DNA from: Lama guanicoe
Taxonomy: Eukaryota
DNA length: 64,000 nt
Reading direction: 5' to 3'
NCBI GenBank assembly: GCA_013239625.1
Contig: MU054212.1
Location: 7,166,270-7,230,269 of the forward strand
The notes below the pieces were generated by a model. It did not search any database. It was not told the origin of the DNA and saw nothing but the letters and a program-made list of their open reading frames with translations. The position numbers and the translations under genes were made by a program. Shown piece after piece: positions 1-13,468 of this stretch. The stretch's first letter is position 1; each line of letters starts with the position of its first letter.

Positions 1-3000
1 ATGTTATTGGGTTGACTTTGTGAAAATTGTTTTACTGTAACTATGATTTTTTTTTAAGCTTTTAAGTAACTACATCATGTTCAAGGAGAACATTTGTCAA
101 AAGTAATTATCTGAGTTTGGTTGAAGGGCCTTGCTGGTATGTCTCTGGATTCTGGCAAAGGGTTTTAGATAATTGGCCCTATTGCCCTGGAAAGAAGTGA
201 CAGAAGTCCTTTTTAATTGCAATCTAGTTATTGGTAGCTGGAGTGGCCAGGCCCCGTTGTTTCATCTTTTAATTTGTAGTAGTGTATGTTATGATTTCTC
301 CTCTTATCTGTGATTGTGTTAATCACTAAATCACTCACGCTCCTGTGGATGAATGGTCAGGTGATAGTCATTCTCTAATGAACTGTGTCTGGGAGAGAAA
401 ACTTATTTGTGAGGAATATGTGAAAACTAAGCAGTAAGTGTTAAGTAGATGCCAGATTGATGTTATCACTGAATCTTTGCTGGAGCAGAGTACATTACTT
501 ATTGTTTGCTCAGCTATTAATTCAGAATTGTGTGGGGGTGTGCAAGGTTTCTGGAAATGCATTATTCAGGTTCCTTGGAGTGGCAATCAAGTATTATTGG
601 AGAGCTTCAGTGTATGTATTTTAAACAAGTGAACAGTGAGTTGATTTATAAATATTTTAAAATAATGATTCATGAATAAGCTCTATCTGCCTGCAGAGAA
701 TTATTTAATAAATAACAGTCTGATGGAATTTAAAGCTAACCACTTGTATTCAATCAGTGTATGTTGCTATCCTTGAAATCACTGTGCTTTATTTGATCTG
801 ATTATAACACTGAGTGTATTGCTGAATCTTAAAATAGGTATCTGAGTTAGTTTTGTGTTAAAAGTTGCATTTTCCTCTTGCAAAGTTCATCGGTGGGAAA
901 AGACAAACTAGGAGTCATCAACACAAAGGAATTAATGATAGACCAGATGTCTCTATTTTAACCAGACATATTGAACTAGTAGTTATGGTAATTTTTCAAT
1001 TTGGTTCAAGTTATTTTTCCCCTGGTAGTTGTACAAATGTGTATGTATTCAAAATGTGACAGTTGACATAAAATACTGAATAAAATAGCAAGTAATTGTT
1101 ACTGGAAATATCTTTTTCAGAAATTTGCCATTTGTAGTAGTGACTTATCACTCTTAACTTATTTTTGTGAAAAAAGAGAAATAGTTCTGTTTGGGTAGCA
1201 GTGACCATTTTTCATGTTTTCTTTATGATTGCATGAATGCTTATATACTGGTTCTAAACTTACATGAAAAACATTTTTACTCTTATAATTGATAGCATTA
1301 ATTTACACTCAGTGAAAACGGAGTGCCTTTTCTTTTTTAAAGCATTTCTGTAACATAAATACTATTGTGTATTTTACACTACCACTGCTGATTTTGCTGT
1401 GGTTGTTAAGGATTTTTAACAAAAAAACTCCATCAAATGTTAAACCAGCTGTCTGATTTTAAAAGTAAAGACTAAGGATGGATGGAAAATATGCATCTCA
1501 GTATGTGGTTCTTGCAGTATATGAACTAAAGAGAGAGTGTCCAGATTAAGAATAACCTTCCAATTCAAACAGTTTATACTACTTTTATATCGCTATATCC
1601 ATATATATGGATATACATCTCCTACTGTGTCTGTTTGCATGTGATTATCTTGAATGGGAGGATATTAGGACAGAGGAAATGCAAAATAGATTTTTTGAAC
1701 TGGGACCAAAAGCTTATGTTTAAATGTAGCTTTGTGTTCATTTTTAAGACAATGTATATGGAAGAACAGTTCTCTCTAGAATAACTAAGAACTTCGATTC
1801 AACAACAGAATTTTTGCTTTCCTTCTTTGTGAGAAAAGTACACACTCTCCAAATCTGTAAACTCTGAGTGACAACTCCAGGGATTTTGTTTTAGAGAGAG
1901 ATGCAGCCATCCAGCTCTACCAATTTTCTCATAGAAGTGTGTCATGTTTGTATGTGGTGGGCTTGTTTATCTAAGGAAAGGAGGAGTGGTGGCATAATTC
2001 CCCTGTATTTTCAGGAATGCAGTGATTATTAACAGGCTGCCATTAAAAAATAGAAAAATGGCATCCCCCCCCACCCCTTTTTTTCTTTCTGCCCTGCATC
2101 AATAGCAGAAATTTCAGCCTTCAGCCTCCCTCCCTCCCCCTCGGCCTTCTGCAGTTGTGGTTACTTAGCGCAGTGCCATTTAATATGGAGTCTGCTCCCA
2201 AACCAGATGCATTTTCATCTGTTTTATCGGCTCTTCTAAGGGTGTAGAGTCTCAGAGGATCCCACAATCACATGGAAGTATCTTCTGTCTTAATATTTGT
2301 AGGCCACAATAAGAATAAAAATCAAAACCATAACTCATGTCGAGCTGGGGCTTTGACTTTAATCCTTTTGACTTTTATCTCAAGTCTTCACTCTGTTACT
2401 ATAAATACAGTTTAAACCATTGTGAAAGGATCTTCATGCTTCTTTGTAAAAAATGGGGATTTGACAGGACTTTGTTTTAGTGCACTGAGGGGTTTCTTTG
2501 TTACTGACTTAACACAGAACATACTGATATTTATATATTTATTCTAGGTTAATTCTCTCTCTCTCTCTTTTTTTTTTTTTTTGGCATGAAGAAATTTTGC
2601 TTTGAGAAGTGCTTTTTGATAGTTTCATCACTTTGTTCTATAGGGAGTGCTGCTGTTAAGATAATGATTCAGCGTATTAATTTGTTCCCTGAGTTTCCTT
2701 CTATTTGTTTCATTCTTTACAATCTTTGTTTAGTCTCACTGGCACCTGAAAATAAATCTTAACAATCTTCAGTAGCTTTGTGCTTGGTAACATGGCTGAT
2801 TTATTTGCTTGTAGTTTAGATACATTCTCACAGATAATGAATATCAGTGGATTTTTTTTTTTTTTGGTAGTTCAAGGTGACCTTTGGAAAAAAAATCTAA
2901 TGGCAAATTTGCCTCATTGTTGGGAGAAAACAGGCACTTACCCATTTATGGCATAGCAAAGTTACTGAAGGTTTTGAGTAAATTGAAATTTTGTAAATCA

Positions 3001-6000
3001 TACTGTATTAAAAATGAAGTAGGGGGTTTATTAATTAAAGGCAATCTGTGTGACTTGCACAGTGAAGATTCTGTTGCATAATGCATTACATTCTAGATAA
3101 ACTGTTAGAGTTTCTGTCAAATAAAGCTGAGTGGTAATGATAGCTGTTAAAATAGAAAACCGTTCGTAATTGTTGATTTACTAGTTGTCTTGCGTTTTTT
3201 CTTTGTGTTTTAGAAATAAGTAAAAATTGTCAGGAGTGGTGAACATGGGGGTGGAGGGGGAGGAGCACTGGTCCTGCTTTTGGCATTTTCTCACAGCACT
3301 AGTGCTGCTCAGATTTTAGGTTATGACCAGGCCCTAATAACAGTTGAGAATATTTTGACTTGTGATTTGGGGTAAGCCCCAAAAGTGCACCTGAGCGTAA
3401 CTGTCACAGTGCGTACTGGCTTCTGAGTCTGGCTAATGTATTTGGTAAATGCTGTTTTATTTCCAATAGCTTACATCCCGGGTTGGTTTGATTCAGCTGT
3501 TTTCTGTGAGCCACACATAGCATCATCTTTTTTCTGTCTATATCTCATCATCTTTCTTTCAGTTATGAAACCTAAATTTTCATTTTGCAGTTTGAAAGAT
3601 GGAAGAGAGTTTAGCAAACTCTATGCCTCTTTTGAAAAAAGAATCTGCTTTAAGTCAAAAATGTGTTCAAAATAATGAGGAATGTGAACTTCATCCTAGT
3701 GTATTGGTTGTTAAGTTTTTATTTCCTGCTGACATGAAAGAGAATTTTAAGAAAACTATTCTAAGTTTTTCTCTTTTTAAAAAAATTATTTGGTGGCAGA
3801 TGAGCTTTTAGACTTGTAGAGTTATACCTATAAAAAAATTTCACCACAGAAAAGCTGGCTGATAAAGTAATTAAATTTAAAGTGTACTAATGTCTCAACA
3901 CTTCACTGAAATGTATTGGAAATATAAAGTATGAATATTTTGAGGGTTTCTACCTTGTATATGGTTCAAATCCTGGGGACAGTACAAAGGTATATTCTCA
4001 AGGTTTCAGTAGAGACAAGAAAAACTGGAGGGTGAGTGAGCAGACACCATCTGTGGGCATCACATGAATGATCAAGAGATGCTAGTTTACAGATTTACAG
4101 ACAGGAGAAGCTATGTGGTGTGCAGTGACTGTAGAAGACTTAATGGTTTAGGGGAAACTTAGTTTGTCCTTGAAACATGGGTAATGTTAAACACGTGAGG
4201 AGAGGAGAACATTCTAAGAGAGAGGTGAACGCGCAAAGGTTTAGTGTCAGGCGAGAGGATGGGTTCCAGTGACAACGGACAGATCATTCTAGAAATATCA
4301 GAAGACTTGCCGGTAGACATGGCCATGTCAGTTGACACTGCAGTAAAGTTGAAAATTAAATTGTGACCAGATTGAGGAGGGAGCTGAAAGTCATTTTAAG
4401 ACAGCTGGACCTTGTGAATTGTACCATGGGGCTGGTGGAGTAGGGCGTAGTGGAAACATATGCACACCCCCAAAATGAATATTCCTTATAAAGAGGGGAC
4501 ACTGGTGGTCTGGGGGTGTCTCTAAATGTTTCCATTACTTGGTAATAGAGTCTGAAACCAAAATTGATGTTAGAAATTTTATTTTAAATAACACAACTTG
4601 GTTCTGTCCCATAGCCTTTGCCAAAATGAGGCAAAGTAAACATCAGTAACTACTATACATGACATTTGTAGAAAATGTATGCAGAGCACTCATTTGCTAA
4701 AAATACTCCCTTGAGAGCAGTAGGTAGCTAGGGTTATCTCAGTAACTCATTCTCCTAGCGTGTGATTTAATGATGTGCCCATATCTTCACCCGGTCTGTA
4801 ATTCTGTGGTGTTTCTGATTTTTTAAAAATAATACAGGCATTTGAACCGATGTGAATTAAACTGATGGTTGCTTGGAGGCATGGGGAGGATAGTCTACCT
4901 CAGACTTACTCCCTGCCTCTCAGACTGCCTGCCTTTCACGTCTCTCTTTCTCTCACTCTTTTTTTAAGCGACAAAAGTTCGCGTGGTGGTTGTTGTTGTT
5001 GTTCCTTCATAATTTAAAATCCCTCCCCCCTCCCACCAAGGTCATCACTAGCAGATCCTGGCTCCTTCCTGATGGGGCGAGGAGGAGGAGCGTCTATACA
5101 GAACTGCTTTCAGCTGTTTGCCAGCACTGAGTGCCTGGATTGTTCCGCTTTTGTCCCCGCACAGTTGGTAGCTGTGGAAATCTAGCCCTGACTGAAACTT
5201 TCCCTGAAGAGCCCTTGGGGAACAAATAGAAACATTATATGATTAGTCACATTGTTTTCATTATTAAACAAGTCTACATGAAAGGATAGCCATTAACAGC
5301 TTTATCTGCCTGAACTTAGACACCTACCTCTCCTCTTCCCTCAATATTCCCACTTGAAGTGGTAACAATTAACTGTTGCTGGTTTTAATGTCGGTAACTG
5401 ACAACACTAAATTGGGAATAGGCACTTCTCCTGGTTGATTGACACATAGCCCTCTGACACATTCTTCTGTAGTTTTAAGGCAAATTCATGCCCTGGGGTT
5501 AGAGCCAAAGGGCTTGTCAGAACATTGACTTTAATAGCTGAAATATATAACTTAAATGACATCCAAGACCTTAGCTTTGGTGGAACTTTTGGAACCTGAG
5601 GAATTCTCCAAGGCAGTGCAATTTATACTTAATGGACGAGCTTAGAACGCATAAGATATTTGTCTAAGTATACAGATGTATAATATACTTTGTGAAGCAC
5701 TTATTTACCATGGGTTTATTTTGCTTTTATCTTTAGCATACATTAGTTCATGAAAAACTGGATAATGATTTTTTAAATAATTTCCCAGTTGATATTTTTT
5801 TGGCAAGTGTTCCATTCTTCACTTATCCTATGGTTGATTTATTTTCTTTTTCCCCCAATGGTTGATTTCTGAATATATTATTTATGATTTAAAACAAGGG
5901 AGGAATTGCGATGGACTCTTTATCTTATTCAGAAGACTAATGGCATTGCCAAGATTTTGTTAACTATCATGTATTGAAACCTATTTTAATAATTTCAAGG

Positions 6001-6689
6001 AATTAGAAATGGAGATTGGATCTTTGGGCTTGTTTTCCAGCTTACTCGTAGAGAAGACATGATATTTTTTATGTCATAAAGAAATGACTACACATGTAAT
6101 TTGTGCGTGTATGGAAGCCTTGTTGACGTGACTGCAGAACCGAGTCACTGTCTGGACCATCAGGCCTCTGGATGACCCTCCTTCTTCTCTCCCCATCACT
6201 ACCAGGCGCACGTAGCAGATACTCTCATTTTTAAAGTGTTTAAAAGAAAATCTCCTTCTTTTAAAATACATGTTGTAGTATCTTCAAAGCCTCACAATCA
6301 GACATTGTCACTCCTGAATTCTTTGTTTAGTCTAATGTCTTGTCTCTTCTAAGTCATATCCTAGAAATTCAGTTTAAATGTTTGGAATTAAACTTTGATA
6401 TCCCCCTCATTCTCTCTCCATCAGTGTTGCTCTTTGTTGCTGGCTGGAGAGTCTCCTTCTCTGTTTCCCTCTGAGTGGTGGGATATCTCAGAATTCTGCC
6501 TCCCCACTCCTTTTTTTTATTCTCGCTTTTCTTCTCTCCTCTGGCAGCCTCAGTCTCACCCGCCTCAGTGGCAGTTCTCCCAGGATGAGGACTCCAGCCT
6601 TGGTCCTTGCCCTGAATTCCAGATTTATCTTATCTATTTCTATTGTTTATCTCTCTGTACTATGGATATTTCGACTGAAATGTATCCAG

Positions 6690-6790
6690 CTCAGTTAAAT
6701 ATTTATTGGATACCTCCCACAAATGTGCCATGCGTTGGGTACACAAAGAGGAGAGGACAGCGTTCCTGTCTGGAGGGGACTTATCTATAT
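6690..6790 (-). mobile_element. L2 LINE 3' end fragment
   Basis: aaatatttattggatacc…tgtgccatgcgttgggtacacaaag…cctgtctggagg resembles the reverse complement of the L2 3' terminus. Confidence 0.6.
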
Positions 6791-8249
6791 GAACCTAAAC
6801 ACGTCCTATCTGGGGAGGTTAGTAAATTCTGTCTTCTAAACATAGCTCACATTTAGCTCTTCCACTTTTCATTCAGTATATTTTATAGAATTCTGACCTT
6901 TCAACTAATTTTGTCTCTAATTTCTTTTCCAAATCTTACTTACTGAAGCTGTATCTATCTGTCTGGAACAGATCTGATCTCACTGAATCATTCGTCTGCT
7001 TAAACTTGTATGATTCCCCATAAGTTACAGTCCAACGGGTCATGGGAAGCCCATTTCAATATCAGCAATCTTTTTTTTAAGTGGTGTATGATTGTTTGCC
7101 CTCAGAATATACAGAATTCAGAATGTTCTGTCCATTATACCTCAAACCATTATACCTTTCCCATCCTGTAGCAGTTTCTACAGCCTTAAATTTATTTTAA
7201 GTTCTTTTAAAATACAACTAAGTAGTTATTTTTAACATGAGATAGTTAAATTAATCAACATATTTTATCAACTTCTGTGCTTAACTTTATTTCTTGTATT
7301 ATACTCTCTCTTCTTTCTAAATTGCTTCTTTTAACAGCTTTTTTTTTTTTTTTTTTTTTTTACCCAGGAGGGTCTCTGGGTTCATAAACAGTCTTTGTAT
7401 TTCTAAAATGTTTTTGTTTTGCCTACTGCTTAATAATCTTTATTAAGCATTTGCATTTTTAGTTAGTTATAGACTTACACAACACTAAAATAGTTTAAAA
7501 AAAAAAAAGAGAGTGGGCACATGGCCAAATCTCCGTGTCACCCACACCCTCTCCCCAAATACTTCCTCCTCTTATCATTTTAATCTGAATACAGTCAAAA
7601 TTGGGTGTACAGAAGTAGTCAACAGCAACCTTTAGGAAACATTAGCCCTCAGATATGTGGATTAATTCAAGAAGACCTTTTCACAAAGCTCAGCTCATCT
7701 TTCATTTAAAAAAAGAAAGGGGAGAAACTTGGTAGAAAAAAACTAAGAGATGCCACGTTGCCCTCACCTTTGAGTGATAATTTAACTAGTTGACAATTTT
7801 TTTACCCTTAGTACTTTGGAAATGTCTCTTCATTAAGTTCCTGCATCAATGTTTTAATACCTTGTCTACGATGAGGTTCATTGTTATTTTTAAGAGGTAT
7901 TGTGCTTTTTGTATCTGAGAGTTGTTACATGTTCTCTTTATCCTTGAAGTTCTGAAGTTTTAATATTGTCTTAAATATTTGTCTTTATATTTGGTACCTA
8001 GAGTATACTTTTTTAAAGAGCATGCTTAACTGTTGCCTTTTATGCTTTAAAACTTTAATCATGTTGTGGTAAAGAACTTACCTATTGTATTATGTCCCCA
8101 TCAGGCCATGAATTCTTTGAAATCTTCTTAGAGTTCCCTCAACATCCAATAGTTTAGCTTATGAATTAGAAATTATTTAAAAATAAAATGGAAAGGAGCC
8201 CCCTAATACAGAACTACAGAATGAAATACAGCCATCAATGTGCTGGCTC

Positions 8250-8760
8250 TATCAGTCAGAACTGTGGATTGTAAGCAACAAAAAACAGTTCTTGCCAACT
8301 TAAAGTAGAAAATGAAGTTTGTTTTTGTTTTTTGGTTTGTTGTTCTGTTTTGTTTTTGTGGAGGCCATAAAGCAGTTTATATAATCATCAGGAAGGATCC
8401 GAAAAAACAGACTGGAAAAATAGGCAGGGATCAAGAGAGGATGGGCAGCAAAAACACACACAGTCGTGCTACAAGTATAGTCTAGTGGGAGTGTGGCCAC
8501 GGGCGCTACCACCCTGCTTAGTTGCCACTGTGACTTAGTGCTGACATAGGACACTGCTATTGCTTCCAGTGTATCATATGAATGTATCATAATCTGCTCT
8601 GTCTTTGCATCCTGGGCTCAAGATTCAAATTCACAGGCAGAGGCCTCTAATTGTCAGACTCTGGTTCCTGTGTCTATACTTTAGCTGCTGGGAACTGATG
8701 AGAGGGTGGAGGATACGGCCTCTTCAATACTGTAGTGGAAACATCTCCAGTTGCATTTTT
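8250..8760 (-). mobile_element. Old MaLR LTR (MLT1K/L-like)
   Basis: tatcagtcagaact…ttgtaagcaacaaaaaac…gccaacttaaagtagaaaatgaagttt resembles an MLT1 LTR terminus. Confidence 0.55.
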
Positions 8761-9064
8761 GTAGCAGCAATCAAGTCAGTGAGGTTGAACCTGGGTACCC
8801 CACCTCTTCCCCACCTCCTGCTCCCAACAAGTCTGCTCCCCCTTTCTTTCTTCTCTTAGCCAAAGCCACCACCATCTTCACAGCTTTTCAAACCAGAAGC
8901 CTTCTTGTCATCATTAATGCCTTTTTGTGGTCCCCCCCCTCCTTTATCTGGTAATCACTGATTCTGCCAGTTTTATCTTCTTTCTTCAAATCTTCAAATC
9001 CACATGTTAGACTTATATCCATTTCCACTGTAATTTACCCTGATTCAGGCAGTATATGAGTTCG

Positions 9065-9300
9065 AGAAAGAACATAGATTAATGACAGCTTTAAAAGTCA
9101 GGCAGATTTATGTTTGAGTCTCAGTTCTTCCACTTACTATGTGTTTGACCTTGGGCAAATTATTTAACATCTCTCAATTTTAGTGCAATTGTCTATTAAA
9201 GGGAATAATGACATTACAGAGTGGTTGGAATATTTAAATAAGATGATGTGCAGAACGTACTTAATACATTGTCTGACATTAGAAGGTGCCAGTTTATGTT
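9065..9300 (+). mobile_element. MIR SINE
   Basis: MIR core: agtcaggcaga…tttgagtctcagttcttccacttactatgtgtttgaccttgggcaaattatttaacatctct. Confidence 0.85.
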
Positions 9301-9454
9301 AGTATCTGGTCGTTTCCATCTTCTCGCCAAGTTGATGCGACAATCTTGTAAGTGGTTTCACTGACTCTAGACTTCCCTCCACTCAGAGTCATTCTCCTTA
9401 TTGCCTCTGTAGCCACTTCTTTAAAGGTAGAACTGGTTCATTGATCCCCTTGAG

Positions 9455-9890
9455 TCTTACTTAGTTCCTGTAGGAACAGATGGCGCTATTTTAAAGTTGG
9501 TGATTATAGAAAGTTAGGGCACAGTAAAGGAAGAGAACAAGGGATAGCGAGGCAAGCCAGCAGGAAGATCTTACTCTCCTTAGACTTGAAGGGCCAAGAG
9601 CAGAGAGTGGCTACTGCAGTGATGTGGGCTAAGATCATCGGAGAAGGGTACCTGACCGACGCCGTGACCACAGGTAGTGGAACGTAGCCACTGCCAGCCC
9701 TCACTCCGGCAAGGGGGGCAAACACGGACATCGACACTGACTCTGTTCTCTCTCTGTCCACTGATCCCCAGCTGGTGCCTCCTATTGGCTGAACCCATCC
9801 ATAAGTCAGAGGAGAGGGGACCTCCACTGAGGAAATTCATAGATGTTGGGCTGCTGGATCACAGAGCTGGGTGGAGTTGCTAATGGGAGT
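9455..9890 (-). mobile_element. ERVL LTR (LTR33-like)
   Basis: gcctcctattggctgaacccatccataagtcagaggagagggga resembles the LTR33/LTR16 group. Confidence 0.55.
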
Positions 9891-11094
9891 ATACAATGTT
9901 CCTCTTTCCCAAAACCTTTTATTTGCTTCCCATTACTCGAAGAGTACCGTCCCACTTATTTTAAGATCCTTAGGTTTGTCTTTTACATACATCTCCAGTT
10001 GCATTGCTTGATTCTCTTACCATTGGCATTCGAAACTCCAGTCATATAAAAGTACTGGGAGATCTTTGAACCAATCAACTGTCCCATGTTGTGTCTTGAC
10101 TTTGTATCTGTTGTTCCTTCTCTTTGTAAAATCCTCCCTCTCTCTCCTTCTGTTTCTTTTTATCTGGTCCACTTCTACACTTTCTTCAGATTTCAGTTTC
10201 CTTTGAGAAGTTTTTACATGTTCCCAAAGCGCTTCACAGTTGGGACCATATATTATAATCAGTTGTTTGCTGTCTTGTTTATAACTGTTTCCTCAGTGCC
10301 TAATGCACTACCTCATATTAAGATGGTGCTGATTATAGTTGAATAAAATGAATGAGTCAAAGAAGACTTTCCTGAGAAGCTCTTGGAGCTAAGTCTCTAA
10401 AAGTTTTCAGAAGACCCTGAGAATTATAAAACTTATGTCCTGATTTCTTTCATTCAGTGTCGTTGCTGAACTGTCATGGTATGATCTGGAGGAGGGATTG
10501 CATTTCCTGAGAATCAGTTGGACAACTGATAGATTTTGAAAGTCTGTGTCCCCTGTCAGCCCACTAGCTCCTTTAATTACTTGGGGATAATAATTTGATG
10601 AAATTAATAGCAATGAAAAATACTCAGTTCCTACCATTAACACATTAGATGCCACATGAATGAAATAAGATATGGATCTTGACCTTTGGGAAATTAACGT
10701 AAAAACCCCCTTAGGGCCCAAGGGATACCTTTTTGTAAATTTAAAGTTGCATGTTGTAGTAGAAATTCAGTAACCTGAAAGTAATTTTCTTCTACATCTG
10801 ATTTTAATAAGGTACAATGACAGTCTATAAACGTTTTCTATGACTTACAAACCAAGAGAAGAATTATCTAGTACATTGATTACAACACAGATTGGAAATG
10901 CTTGCTAAGTAAATAATCTTTATACAAGTAAGTAAAATATTTATAAGCTTGGTATCATAGCCTCCTTTTGAGAGTATAGAAACCTGATATAATGATGGAA
11001 TAGTCTTTGTACATCAGTTATAAAATATGCTATGACTAATGTAATACTTAAAATAAATATTACTAAAGTAATTGTTATTAAAGGCTAATAAGGG

Positions 11095-11310
11095 CTGATA
11101 CTTTTGGGGTACTTACCTGCCTGATACTGCACTAACTTGCTACATGCCTTGTATTTGTTTAATCCTCAGAGCAAACTTGGAAGACACATTGTAACATTAT
11201 CCACCTTTTTTAAATGAAGAAATTGATATTTAGAGTATCTGTTAGTTGAGTTTCTCTCAGTTGCAAGTGTAATAAATTTAGTGCAAAGTAGTTTCAGCAA
11301 AAAGGGTCCC
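11095..11310 (-). mobile_element. MIR SINE
   Basis: tttaatcctcagagcaaac…attatccaccttttttaaatgaagaaattga is the reverse MIR core. Confidence 0.7.
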
Positions 11311-13248
11311 ATAACTGAGAAATCCAAGAGGGGACCTGTAAGTAGGTGAAGAGATACAGAAAATGTCATCAAAGTATTTGCTTTTTCTCCATTTTCCATC
11401 TTTGTTTTTTCTTGTCTTAATACTGCAGACAGGATCTGATGAAGTCTTGGGCAAGATAAGATGGTCACTGGCACCCCAGACCTGTATCCTCTAAGCTTAT
11501 TAGCACAGCAGCATAAAAAGAATCTCCCTCCTGCCCCTCCTTATTACTATTATTATCATTGTTTTTTTTTTTTTTTAATGCCCTCCTACGGAAGTCTTTA
11601 CTTTGTCCTACTTGGCCGATATGCCCATCCCTTACCCACAGCAACAGGGCCGGAATCAGGTAGTGTGATGGATTGCCACACAAGGATCACATAGAGCAAA
11701 AGAAAATGAGACAAAAGCACCAATAGAAGACAGATAGAAAGCATGCTGGGAAAACAAATTGTAAGTGCCACCGCCTTTACTTTCGGAGAGGGTGAATTAA
11801 CTTGCTGAGCTAGTAAGTGGCGGAGCAGTGGTTAAAGTCCACGTCTGCCCAACCTCAGAGCTCTAGAGCTTAAGCATATTAAAGTTAGATTCTTTATTAT
11901 TCAGTCTTTCTGGTATTACTTTTTATGATATTTGTTTTACATTTTCAAAATGTTACAGCCAAAGCAGCCATGGCAAAGATTCTAAAGATTTCTTTGGAGT
12001 GCTTCCTCTGAAACTTACTTTCCTGATTTAGAGGCTAGAAGTTACAATGGATGGTTTCTGTTCTGTTTTCCTTCACAGATCAGTTTCTTTAAATAGAGTT
12101 ATTTATGAATGGTCTTTACATAATATTTATAACATAGTTTAGCACAATTCAGGATCAGAATTCACAAAATGTATAATTCTGCCTAAAACTTCCAAGTACT
12201 TTCTGGATGCAAGTGAATATTTTTATTCACTGTCTAAATGCCGAGTTTTCTTCAGAGGGTTGATCATGACCCTTAGAGGATGTTGGTTTGGCAAAAGAGA
12301 GCGAAATGTTCTCCATAGTGTAAATCCTCACTCATTTCTCTGAATATTGAGATAAAATCAGCATAAGATAATGACTTCTTATTTCATGTAGAATTCTTTG
12401 GCCGTCTTACTGCTTTCATTTCTTATTTATTCATTTAATGGCATTTCTCTTCTCCTGGAGCTTAAATGAAACAAAGGTTGTACTTTAGAAAATTTCTTCT
12501 CCTTCTCCCTCTTTTTTTTTTTTTTCTTTATCTTAGCCACATGGAAATTTAACCATACCTTTCCATTTTGGAAGAAGGTGGATGTTACTAAGCATTGATG
12601 CTTATTCATGGTCTGCTCTAGGCAGAGATGTTACTGTGTATAAAGAGAAAAACACATTTAACCCACCAGGATCTTTAATGAGAAAATGAGAAAAATAGAG
12701 ACACTGTTAAATATAAACAAAAATATGTCCTGTTCTCATCCTTTCTCTAATTTTTATATGTTTGTCTTATCACTTTTAGCTAATGCTGTCCTCACAAACC
12801 AAGTTCCAGTAACTAAGTAGGAACAGAGAGACTGTCAGCAGGGGAAAAAAAAAAATCAATGGGCAAATACAGATATTGCATTACCTTTTAATCTTCTGAT
12901 TGCTTTTTTTTTTCTCCTGTTTTCAGAATTCACTATTGAGTGAGCTCAGCTTCGTGGTAGGAAATGCAAGATTCATGAAAGTTAAACAGGTTTTTTTTTT
13001 TCCATTTGTTAAAAGCTTCTCTGGAAAATGAGGCCCTTTTAAAACTAAACCAGTCTTCTCACTCCATCTTTTCATGAAGTGTTGTCTCTTATTCTCTTGG
13101 TGCGAGGTGATAGTCATTGGCAGCTTTATGGAAAGAAGGGACTTGAAGCACATTACAGGTGTCCTCTAGGAAAATGAATGATGAAGAAACACACAGTAGG
13201 ACTTTAATAAAATTAGTGGTTTTGCTATATATATATATATAACATAAA

Positions 13249-13468
13249 TAGTTGACCCTTGAATGCTGCAGAGATTAGGGGCCTAGACTGTTCATGCATT
13301 CAGAAATCTGTGAAAGTTATAGTCGGCCCTCCCTACCCGAAATTCCTGTGTATCTTTGGTTATGAATCAATGAATTCAACCAACTGGATCATGTAGTATT
13401 TACCGTTGAAACAAACCCACCTATAAGTGGACATGCAAGATTCAAGTCTGTTGCTCAAGGGTCAATTG
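13249..13468 (-). mobile_element. Tigger2-type MITE (TcMar-Tigger)
   Basis: TIRs tagttgacccttgaa … ctcaagggtcaattg, followed by TA at 13469-70; internal tataagtggac…ttcaag. Confidence 0.85.

Larger units (their letters stand above)
8790..10357 (+). mobile_element. Fragmented L2 LINE interrupted by a MIR and an LTR
   Basis: Pyrimidine-rich L2-like segments (caccaccatc…ccagaagcctt…gtcatc) and the L2 terminus cctcagtgcctaatgca…gttgaataaaatgaatg at about 10290-10357. Confidence 0.65.

Noticed and set aside
3294..3307. 14-bp palindrome CAGCACTAGTGCTG (similarly GACATGGCCATGTC at 4316-4329)
   Set aside because: A few palindromes of this length are expected by chance in 64 kb.
6395..6856. 153-aa ORF
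   Set aside because: Non-ATG start, lies over decayed L2 fragments, no protein-like features.
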